DNA of 63,918 nt, counting the filler, from Hyphochytrium catenoides (taxonomy: Eukaryota; Protista; Hyphochytriomycota), in assembly GCA_900088475.1 (NCBI GenBank). It is 8 parts of 8 records of this genome, joined end to end, with 100 filler letters (N's around TTAATTAATTAA, not from the genome) between each part and the next. Parts side by side here need not be neighbours in the genome. Positions count along the whole stretch, not along the records: positions 52,025 to 57,044 come from FLMG01001472.1; positions 57,145 to 60,764 come from FLMG01002353.1; positions 60,865 to 62,434 come from FLMG01002220.1; positions 62,535 to 63,918 come from FLMG01004235.1; 4 more parts are not named here. One strand, written 5' to 3'. Position 1 is the stretch's first letter, and each line of letters starts with the position of its first letter. A program made the position numbers and the translations under genes. The notes beneath the pieces are model-generated. The model did not search any database. It had not been told where the DNA came from and saw only the letters and a program-made list of their open reading frames with translations. Below, one piece after another: positions 53,867-63,918 of this stretch.

Positions 53867-54247
53867 GTCTCTCTCTCTCTCTTTATTTCTCTCTCTTTCT
53901 CCCGCTCTCCCACTCTTCCGCTTCTCCCCCTTCTCTGCTCTTCCTCTCTCCATTTCCTTCACCTCTCTGGCCTCTTCCCTTCTTTATAATAACTCTCGTT
54001 GCCAGAGCTCCTTCCAATCTTCGTTCATTCTTTAGCTAGATCATCACTCTCCAGGCTATTCAGGAGTAAGCCCTCTTCTGATCTCTGACTCCTACTACTT
54101 TGTAATAGGTCTATCTCTCCTTCGCTAAACCCACAGACCACACGACGCTCGGTCCTTTTTTAAGGAAGGTTCTCCTGCGCGCTCCGCAGCTATTCTGGCT
54201 TCCCGTAGTCAGAAGCACTCGGTTGGGTCTCTCCAGGTATCGCAGGG

Positions 54248-56983
54248 ATGGCTGTCTCAGTGCAGTGGGGCTACGTCAGAAACAAGGGGAGAAGCTTTTC
54301 TCTCCTTGCCCAACAAGCCGCAGGAGCTGCAGGTTATGAAGCTGGGAAGCGAAGGCTGTCATCTCAGAGGATGATAAAGGTACTACCTGAGTCATGTGAG
54401 CTCCTTGTCCGTCTCTCGATTGCTCTTTACTTCTTTGGACCAAAGAGCCCGTCTCCCACTGCTTCACATCTCTTTATCTCTTGCACTCCTTGCCAAGCAG
54501 GCATGAGGTCTGCGACACCTAGACTAGCAAACTCTGTCTCGTCTCCCACTTGGCACTTTACCGTGTCTCCATCCACCGCCTTCTTTTTCTTGCCTCTAAC
54601 AATGTCACTGTCCGTGTTCTCAGGACCTTCCCTTGACGTTCACAGCCTCACCGGCGGATAATAGACTGGCACCGAGTCATAATACCCCTAGTAGGAGAAG
54701 AAATATCTCTTTCTCTCTCTGTCTCACTCTCTGACTCTTTATCGGTCTCTCTCCTTATCTTTTCCTATCTATCGTCCCCTCATTTGAATATCTCCATTTC
54801 TGTCTGTCTGTGTATACACATTGTGACCTCCATCCTTCTGTCTATTGCGGCTGCTCCTGGCCAGAAGCCGTATCTACCTCTCTGCAGGACCTGACTTCTC
54901 CCTAACTTGCTTTCCCCTCTGCTCTGTCTGCTTGCTTGTGGGTTGAAGTCTATTTTGGAGAGCAGTCCTCGGTCCGCCTTTCTTCATTGATAAGGTCTCA
55001 CGATGGAAACATAAGGAAGGTTCTGGTGGTCACTAGTGCCAGTCCTCAGGCGGTGGAAAGGGCCAGGTACACTGCTTTCCTTTTACAGAAGGTAAAGCCC
55101 CAAGATGGAAGAGAAAGAGAGAAGGAAAAAGATGATGAGGAAACGAGAGAGGAAGAACAAGAGTCAGAGTTATCGGGAGCACAAGGAATTGTGCCCAGAA
55201 CTTATGATGCGGGGTGGGCCCCTGAGGGGTGACCGAGGAGAGTCGAATATGCAGCCTATCAAGCAGGAAGAAGAGGACAACCGAAGAAAGGGGAGAAATG
55301 TAGAACGACAATTCAGAAAGAGGTTTAAGTCTTAGGTTCTGAAGGAAGTCTCNNNNNNNNNNNNNNNNNNNNNNNNNNNNNCCTTACGTTACATGTCTCT
55401 TAGGAGGGTCTACAGCCGTTCTACTTCACAGTTCGCGGCGCCGCTCCCACTCCTTCTTCTCTCGCAGAGGGAGTGGACATGGCGCGTAGGGTCGGAGCCC
55501 AGGCGGTAGTGGGTTTTGGAGGCGGCAAGGTTCTGGATGCTGCGAAAGGTGTGGCTGCCCTGATGAGGAACCAGGGTGAGGCTAAGGATTATACACAGGT
55601 GAGCTGCATGGAGGGGAAGGGAAGGGAAGCCGACTTCTCTCTTTCTGAGATAGAGAATAAGCTGTGGCCATCCTTTGAACCTCCCATTGACGATCCTTCA
55701 GTCTGTCCTGTGAGTTCTTATATCAACGTTGTTGGTCATTCCGGATCTAGGTTTATAGGTTGCATCATTTGCTTGTTAAATATGCTTTACTTCTTATCTC
55801 TTCCTCTGTAGATAATGCTTAAAGGCGCGAGATTCCTTGTTTTGCTACCCTGAGCTCACCGCGGCGTCTGCTCTCTTCTGCGTTGTTCTTCTCTCTCCTT
55901 GGCGCACTTGATGTTTTAGCTACTAGGGACAAAGAAGCTAGCGGAGCCTCCTGCTCCATACTTTCTAATGCCCACCATCCCTGGTAGTGGTGCCGAGGTC
56001 GCTGCCCCAGCTCTCCTTCTCTTCCCTAAGGACGAAGAGAAACTCCCTTTCGCCTCAGAAAGCCCTCTCCTCTCTCCACAGGCTCTCATCATTGACCCTT
56101 CCTTAGCCAAGACTGTCAAGGCGGACACCCTATCCCTCTCACTTCTTTCAACCCTTTCTAACTTGGTAGAAGCGTTTGTCATGGAGCATGAGACTATCGA
56201 AGATGATGACAGGTTGACGCTGCTGGGCCTCGCGTTAGTGAAGGACTGTGTAGGTCATCTCTTAGAGAATCCAAAGGTACTCATAGCCTCCATTGTCATC
56301 GTCTCTTCCTCTCATCATCTGTCATAGTTTGCAATACCTCTCCCTTTCTCTGTGTAGCTGTCTCAGTCTTCCTTGTCCTTGGCTCTTGGTACTTATCCGT
56401 GCTTCTTTGCCTTAACCTCTAACATGCTTGCTTGCGCATCATCAGCTGAGGAAAGCCCCGCCAGAGTTTTATCAGAAGCTTTCGCTAGCTAGGTAATGAC
56501 AGGCTTACGATGTTCCATGATGCGCTCTTTGTACTCTTTGACTGTAATATAAGCTTCTTACGACCTTTCCAAGGCCTCACGCCGTTCTTACCTAGCCTCT
56601 CTCCGTCCGGGGCTTATTATACGCTAGTTAGGTCCAGTGTCTCGCTGTATGTTCTTCATCTGTCTTAGCCCTAGCTGCGTTTTGTCTTATACCTAGCTGC
56701 GTTTTGGAGCAGATGACCACACTGCCTAATTCTGTTTCAAGCACTGTTTGACGTGGCGCTGTCGCTCTCTGTCTGCTACCCACGTCGCAACAGTTTATTA
56801 GGCAGTTTGTCGGCCACCTCGTCTTCCTTCGGGGTGAGTCACTCCATTGCGGTAGGAATCAATGGACTCTCCGACGCCAGCCACGCAGGCCTGGTCTCGG
56901 CCGTCTTGCCCTCCGCTCTTGCTCAATATGCAGAGGTCATCGATGAAGAGGATGATGAGTACTTTGACGCTATGACGATAAGG
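54248..56983 (+). CDS. Iron-containing alcohol dehydrogenase family protein, divergent, multi-exon, 3'-truncated
   Basis: VYFGE...RKVLVVTS; VVGFGGGKVLDAAK; MPTIPGSGAEV; PQALIIDPSL; FGVSHSIA. Transit-peptide-like first exon. Confidence 0.82.
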
Positions 56984-57144
56984 TAGCTCTCAGTCTTAAG
57001 AGCAACCGGATTTGACACCCGCAAGAGGAGGAAGAGAGAGAGAGNNNNNNNNNNNNNNNNNNNNNNNNNNNNNNNNNNNNNNNNNNNNTTAATTAATTAA
57101 NNNNNNNNNNNNNNNNNNNNNNNNNNNNNNNNNNNNNNNNNNNN

Positions 57145-60072
57145 ACCAGCACAAAATGGCGTCGCTGAATGTAAACAGCGCAGTCTTGTGGAATCTACTC
57201 GCAACATGCTCCACGCTGCAAGACTTCCTTTATCGTTTTGGGGAGAAGCCCTTAGAACAGCAGCTCACCTTGGAAATGATGAACTTTACAGAGCTGGGTG
57301 GCAATGCCTGAAGCTTCTGTGTGAGCACAATCTAGATGAAACGATAACAAAGGGACTTGGTATTGATGTGTGGTTAAGATTTCTATGAATGATCACTCAG
57401 TCCTGAGAGCCTGGTCTGGACTCGAGAACTTTTGCTCGGCCCAGCTTCCCTCATATCTCTCTCTCCTGTGCTGCTCCTGTGTTCTTCTGGAAATTCTTCT
57501 CACATCCCTCTTTCCCATAACACAGGTGTACCCGTAACGTCTATGTCCCTGAGAGCTAGGTGTGTATAGAGAGTGACTACTGTACTACTGACAACGAACA
57601 TTATAGCACTCAACAGGAAACGTCATCCCCACCTCAGCATTCAACAAGGACAACACACCCTATATAATGTTGGAGGGTAAAAACCCTGACTTGAGCCATT
57701 TGCGTGTCTTCGGTTGTTAAGCTTATGGTCTCATCCCTGACCAGGAACGGACCAAGATGAATTCTAAGGCTAAGTACTATGTCTTCGTGGGTTATGCAGA
57801 TCAGCTCAAGATCGTATCGCTTATATGATTCAGAGACAAAGAGAATCATTGAAAAGCGTGATGTCGCATTCAACGATGAGGTTGAATCAGGACGGAGTAC
57901 CTCGAAACATCACCGAGGTTGTTGATATACTCTTTGATATACTAAATGAGGTCCAAGACGCGACCCCAGCTCCAGTCGAAGATCCAAAAACCCAACTAAT
58001 AGATGGGCCCGGCGTCAAAGTAACAACTGACCTATCTGATCCAGCCAACCTTGACAACACCGAGGGGGAGAGATTTCGGTGTACTGAAGACGACACCGAA
58101 GTTGAAGAGGAGGTTCTACCTTCACGAAATGCAGATCATACACTCTCGCCCACTAGTAAGAAATCTACACTGGATACACTACCCCTGGTAGATTCAATCC
58201 AAAGTGATTAGACGACCGCCAAGCGTTAACCCCGGAGGAGAACGCTCTCACTCTGCACCTATTGCCATTCAACCTTCTCGTATCCCACTGCTACGAAGCC
58301 GCCTACAACAGGAAGATTCCATCTCACATGCGGTTAACAACACTGAGACAACATCTGACCCGCGAACCATCGACGGAGGCACTACGACGTGGACCTCACG
58401 CCGAAGAATGAAGCGCTGGTATTGCTAGCGAGTTGGCCTCGATGGAACAACATGATGTCTGGGAGCTTGTTGAGCGGCCACCGGACCCCAATATGATCGG
58501 GTGTAAAGGGGCTTTCCGCACAAAGTAGAACAGCGATGGCAGTCTCGACCGCTACAAAGCTCGTCTGGTAGCCCAAGGATACAACCAGAAGTTTGGAGTT
58601 GATTACAATGAAGTTTTTGCCCCTGTCTTCAGTTATGAGTCCGTGCGATGTCTTCTCTCACTGGCAGCCACGTATGATCTCGATATCCACCACATTGATA
58701 TCAAAACAGCCTTTCTTCATGGCGATCTGGAAGAGACCATATATATGCGTCAGCCTCCTGGCTTCCTCGAGCAACCTGGAGCGAAGAGACATCATGGTCT
58801 GCAAGCTCAAGCGAAGTATTTATGATCTCAAACAAAGTCCCCGGCAATGCGTCTATATTCGCAATTCCAACGATGATTCCAAACCAACAATCATCTCCGC
58901 CTTCGTTGATGATGACACACTGATATTTACTCCAGACACCTCCAAGTTCACTCAAGTCAAGCAACTGCTCGCGAATCGCTTCGATATCACGGACCTGGGA
59001 GAATTTTGCAATGTTTTCTTGGGGTTGAAGTTCTTAGAGACCGACCAAATCGCAAGATATACCTTAGACAAACGAGATTTCTTCAGTATGTCTTATCTAT
59101 CTCGTTTGGCGTGCGAGCTCCCAGGGTTGAGTCCGGCCGACGAGCAGGAGTTATTACGAATTCCGTACCGCAATGCTGTTGGAGCACTACTAGTGTACAC
59201 CTCATGGTTGCGACTGGACCAGACATAACCCACGCAGTACAGCCAGTAAGTCAACATATGGCCAACTTCCGGAATGTCCACTGGAAAGCGGTCAAGAGAA
59301 TCTTTCTTTGATACCTGAAAGGTACTAGCAGCCACTACGCACTATGTCTACTAGGGGGGAGTGACGGTCACAACCTCAAGCTCTTTGCCGGTGCTGACTG
59401 GGCTAATGACACATTCAGTCGTAAGTCAGTCACTGGATACTTTATGACTCTTGGCCCGGTGCTTTGGCTTGGAAATGCAAAAAGAAGCAAGACATTGTAC
59501 CATCTTCGACAACAGAAGCTGAGGGCATCTCTCTGTGGACAGGATCCAAACACGCAGAACATATAACCTTTTTCTTGAGTGAAATCAATTACCCGCAAGC
59601 AGGGGCTGTAGAAGCATTCCAAGACAATAAAAGCACCATCACTATATATGTCAAATGCCAAGACCAAAGTCCAAATACGTTGATGTCAAACATTGTGTTA
59701 TCCGCGACAAAGTCAACCGCAATGTCCCAAGGATTACCTACTGTCCGTCCAAAGACATGACCGCTGATATCCTCATCAAGGCACTACCGACTCCACTGTT
59801 CCAAGCCTTACTCTCTCAGCTAGGAATAGCACCCAACATACCTACTACCGTATGACCATCCCTCTCTCAAAATTGAACCTCTCAATCTCTCTTATCTACA
59901 ACATTTGGAACTGCGGGGAGGTGCTGAAGTATGGCAATCTGAGTCTTACGTCATAGAACTAAGATGTACCGGACCAACTGTCCAGGTTACAGTCCCAACC
60001 TCCAAGTAGAAGCCTAGATATGAATGAAAAAATGGACTCTAATGTTAACTATGGCTCATTACTAGAAGAGCG
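57145..60072 (+). mobile_element. Degenerate Ty1/copia retrotransposon: integrase, RT, RNase H, PPT and partial 3' LTR
   Basis: QNGVAE...LPLSFWGEA; PDLSHLRVFGC; RYKARLVAQGYNQKFGVDYNEVFAPV; DIKTAFLHGDLEETIYMRQPPGF; SSTTEAE; SKYVDVKH; DMTADILIK. Many stops and frameshifts. PPT gcggggagg at ~59913-59921. LTR starts TGCTGAA at 59922. Confidence 0.95.
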
Positions 60073-61801
60073 TGTTGGAGAGCGAGCGTCCTGACTGTGT
60101 TGCAAAGGTAGGAGTTATGGTGCTGAACTTATTGCAGCAGCATCTCTGTCTGACTGAGGAAATGGATGGGAGGCAGTTCTCTTTGGGCGGTTCTGTCTTC
60201 CCTCCCTCAAGGACCACTCCAAGGACAACGAGGACATCGATACTAAGCTTAGGTAGGTTTGGTAGTGATGATGGAGGTATGGGTACTGTTATAATGTATG
60301 GGATTTGAAGACACTCTTAGTTAGGTTATGTGGTCTACTGATATGCTCGAAGTGAGTATGAAGAGCTTATGGGACCCTGTTTTCTAGTTATCACGTTGTC
60401 TAGTTGTTCTGGAGAGTAACTGGGTCTAGTAGTTTATACGAGACACAGTTACTACTTCTTGATGTCACATGATGACTTACCTGATGATAATAACCTAGTT
60501 ATCATAACTCTGAAACACTTTGTTTTGTGCCTTCTTCCTCTTGTCAGATAGAGTCTGGAACTGTGAGCCTTTTAGAGCTCTTGTCAGCTTCTGCTCTCAA
60601 CACCTCCCCGCAGGTCCAGACTTCCTGAGTGTCCATCGGTCTCCGCCTTGTCCTCCCAGGAAGGTAGACTTTGTCTTACGACGGATGTGGACGGGACAAT
60701 CCCGAGTTGCGGAAGAATTTCTCGGAACTGAGGTGCTGGTAACGCCTTCGTGAGAATGTCGGCANNNNNNNNNNNNNNNNNNNNNNNNNNNNNNNNNNNN
60801 NNNNNNNNTTAATTAATTAANNNNNNNNNNNNNNNNNNNNNNNNNNNNNNNNNNNNNNNNNNNNGGGAAAATAGGTATTACCTAGGAGCCCACTTGATTG
60901 CATGGCGTGGTACCACCGGTAATTGCCCGCTCAGATGCCACCCCAAGGTGCCCAGCACCTCAGATCACGGGTAGTCGAGTCGCAGATGCTAAATTGGCCT
61001 CCTTGGTGTCAGCCCCGATGCCAGGATAGGTGGCTGCCTAGGTAGTTATTGTAGGTGCCAGTCGACTCTTAGCTCCGGCATTAGGGCCAGTACCAGCATT
61101 ATCGCTGATCTCCTGCCGTCGGTTTTATTAGCGTCAACTTGCCTCAGTGTCGGCCCAGGTGCCACCCTTAAGATCACAATTAGTTGCTATCTTGCTTAGG
61201 TAATAAACCCTAAGACCAAACGGCATGCATCTGTAGCAGCTTAGAAGATGCCAAGCCTCATACCGGTATTACGTGGAAGCCGACCACCTGCCATACTCAC
61301 AACCAGCTTTAGTTGTCAGCGTAGTTTGTCCTCCAGGCTGGCAGTAGGGCCACAAGGTGGGCTACTAGGTGTGTGACAATTCCCAGGCTTAGGGCCAGCC
61401 TAAATGCCACCCTTATTAGGTAGTACCGGCTTCGGAGACCACTTGGTTCTTGCTCTTGGTGTCGACGCCTAAGTCCCTGCGTATGTTCTAGTCTACTTGT
61501 GAGGCTAGCTGTATCCGGCGTAGTATTCAGCAAAGATTAATACCAGATTAGTGGAACTCCTTCTGCTCACCTGGATGACGTGACAGACCATGCAATGTAT
61601 CACAAGCCTGTGGCTGGGGGCATCAAACTGGCGCTTGACAAAATTAGCCTGGGAGGTCTTCTTGCCGCTAAGCAGGGGCTAGCTGGAGGAGGCCCTTGGG
61701 GGATAGAGATTAGGTCGTCGTAGCAGTGGGTTGTGTGCACACTCGGCCTAGCGAAGAATGTTCGGCAGTGGTAGTTGGAGAGCCTCCTGCCTGGTTGGGC
61801 C

Positions 61802-61953
61802 CTACCATTCTCGCCGAAGTGCTGGGTCTCAGCCCCCATGAGGCAGTACTCCGACCTGCTGAAGAGGAAGAAGTAGGACTACCGTTCTCGCCGAAGTGTC
61901 TGGGTCTCGGCCCCCATGAGGCAGTCCTCCGACCTTCTGAGGAGGAAGAAGTA
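61802..61953. repeat. Two-copy ~77-bp tandem repeat
   Basis: ctacc(a/g)ttctcgccgaagtg(t)ctgggtctc(a/g)gcccccatgaggcagt(a/c)ctccgacct(g/t)ctga(a/g)gaggaagaagtag twice, with a few substitutions and a 1-nt indel. Confidence 0.9.
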
Positions 61954-62534
61954 GACCAGAATAGTGAGGCTCAATAGGGTTAGGGGCTGTGGCGTGTGCC
62001 AAGACAAAACGTTCGAGAAGCGCAGCAGGATTGGCACGGCTACGGTAAGGCCCTGTCTTAGGAGCGCGAAGCCCGGGGTGAGAGGGATGTTCCGCGCGTG
62101 GAAAGAAGCGTTGAAGCCAGAGAAGTTCGCTGACCTTCCAAAGGGTGGTGGCCTTTGTGTTGCCATCCTCCTGGGCATCTCGTCGGAACCATATCCTCTG
62201 CAGTAAGCAGAGAAAGCGCGAAGATGCTCAGCTGACTCTTTCTACTGCGCTGCATGGGTGTAGTCAGCTGTGCCTGCCCTCTTTATTGCCACTGTGTCTA
62301 GGTTCTGGGCAGGCGCTGAGGCTGATCGAGCAAATCTGAGGCTGAGGAGCGAGGTCACCCCCATCCTCTAACGGCGCCAGGAAGACCTAACATTTTCCGA
62401 TATTTCGCCTAAATCTAATTGCCTGCCTAGATGGNNNNNNNNNNNNNNNNNNNNNNNNNNNNNNNNNNNNNNNNNNNNTTAATTAATTAANNNNNNNNNN
62501 NNNNNNNNNNNNNNNNNNNNNNNNNNNNNNNNNN

Positions 62535-62964
62535 TTCCACTGGCTCTCTCTTTGGTGCGACGACTCCCGCCTCTGGGTACGTAAGCTAGCTGTTTTGCGG
62601 TGACCTGAATCCACGGCTTTTTCGAGCTTGTGGTCTCATGTTTTTGGCTGGAAGCCTCTCAGCCTTTCCCGGCATGTCGATGCTTAATTACTCTTCTGTT
62701 AACATGCCTCTAGATGTTCGCTCCATTGTGTGGCAGCTCGAAACAGATGTGAGACATCTCACTTTGCTTGGGCACGATTCCTGTCTTTGCTTCCCCCAAT
62801 TGCTTAGGTCTCTTTTTGGAGGTACGTCTACTCCGACGTCCTCGGGCGCTGGCCTGTTCAACACTGCCTCTGGCGGTATTTTCTCCGGTGCCAACACCTC
62901 CAATGCCAACAAGAGAGCAGGGTCTAGGAACACGAAGTCTAAGGCAGGCCGGACGAAGAGATAG
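62535..62964 (+). CDS. FG-repeat (nucleoporin-like) gene fragment, probably the 3' end
   Basis: STGSLFGATTPASG, then an intron, then LFGGTSTPTSSGAGLFNTASGGIFSGANTSNANK...KAGRTKR*. Confidence 0.55.
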
Positions 62965-63918
62965 GACTGCCAAGCACCAACAAATTTAGAGGCACAATTG
63001 AGTCCAAAGTTGCCACTATTTGTTATCAGAAGAGCAAGAATCAGAGGTACACACGAACATGACTCTGACCGGCTTCTTTCCCAGCCATAGCTTCTTCGTA
63101 TGGTCTCTTTGGAGCGGCCCTTCTGACAACCTATTAATCGTTATGTTCTTTGTCCTATTAGTGCGTGGGACTAGACAAGGGTCAGAATAGCCGTGATGTT
63201 CTTGATGTGCCTTCTCAAAGAACATATCCTCCCCAACTTATAAATATAGAAGATGCTATCTCCGCCTGTTGATCACCACTGCAGACGTGACTGGCTCCCT
63301 TCTAGAGCCTGTCCTTCCTCAGAGCTCCTAGTTCCTGTCCTTCTGAGTAATCTCAGAGACCGTGGTATCTCTCTCAATCCCCTGTTCCCGCTCCTTCCTC
63401 CTGTCAGACAGTCGCCCACTTCCCTCCTCTTTCCTTTCTTTCCTTGTCTTATGATGTGCAGCCAACCCTTCCTTCCCAGAAAGAAAGAGTTGTCCCGCCT
63501 AACATCTCATAGCCTTGGTCTCGACGGAGATCCTCCTCGGGATACTTCTCCTAGGCGTAGCTGTGACCAAAGATAAGCCGTCATGCTTTATGCAGTAAAC
63601 GCGACATTAATAGGAGCATCTTCATACTTGTTTATATACAATAGCCGAGATAATATAGCCAAGTAAAGACTATGGCTTGCTAACGCATGTGGCGTAAGGG
63701 TTTTCAGACAATGCGAGAAATTGAAATTGGTATAAGCAGATATTGACCAGGTTGTGACCTTTCAAGAACTTCAAGCAGCACAGCTTCCAGAGGAAAGGGA
63801 GAGCCAGGAGCGATGAGAAGCAGTGGAAGCCAGGAGAGAGGGAGAGGCAAGGGAGAGAGAGAAAGAGAGACAGAGAGGGAGAGAGGGAGAGAGACGGAGA
63901 AAAGAGAGAGAGAGAGAG

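Noticed and set aside
49519-61953. The 79-bp and 77-bp repeats as CRISPR-like arrays
   Set aside because: Two adjacent copies each, no unique spacers, no cas genes, eukaryotic context.

Overview
Eukaryotic nuclear DNA with GT-AG introns, probably a protist; stramenopile-like is my inference from gene content, not a determination. The window is not one contiguous locus. Seven identical 100-nt spacers (N44-TTAATTAATTAA-N44) join eight pieces, so gene neighbourhoods across spacers are unproven. Recognisable genes: a PlsC/DGAT2-like acyltransferase, a 7-exon Cys-rich type I membrane protein, a vacuolar sorting receptor, an AP2-domain protein, a cytochrome b5-fused Delta-5-like desaturase, a GIGYF/EXA1-like GYF protein, a DEG15/TYSND1-like peroxisomal protease whose spliced C-terminus ends in SKL, a family A (Pol nu/theta-like) DNA polymerase, NDC80, pirin, an Eyes-absent phosphatase, a PPR-like protein, a divergent Fe-ADH and an FG-nucleoporin fragment. 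Mobile DNA: a decayed Ty1/copia pol with its 3' LTR, a related 312-bp solo LTR with a perfect 5-bp target duplication, a copia gag fragment, and a probable DNA transposon relic with inverted motif arrays. (AG/CT)n microsatellites are abundant and generate most of the short ORFs in the track. I found no convincing new multi-gene system. The best leads are single-gene oddities and transposon structures. All exon models were read by eye.
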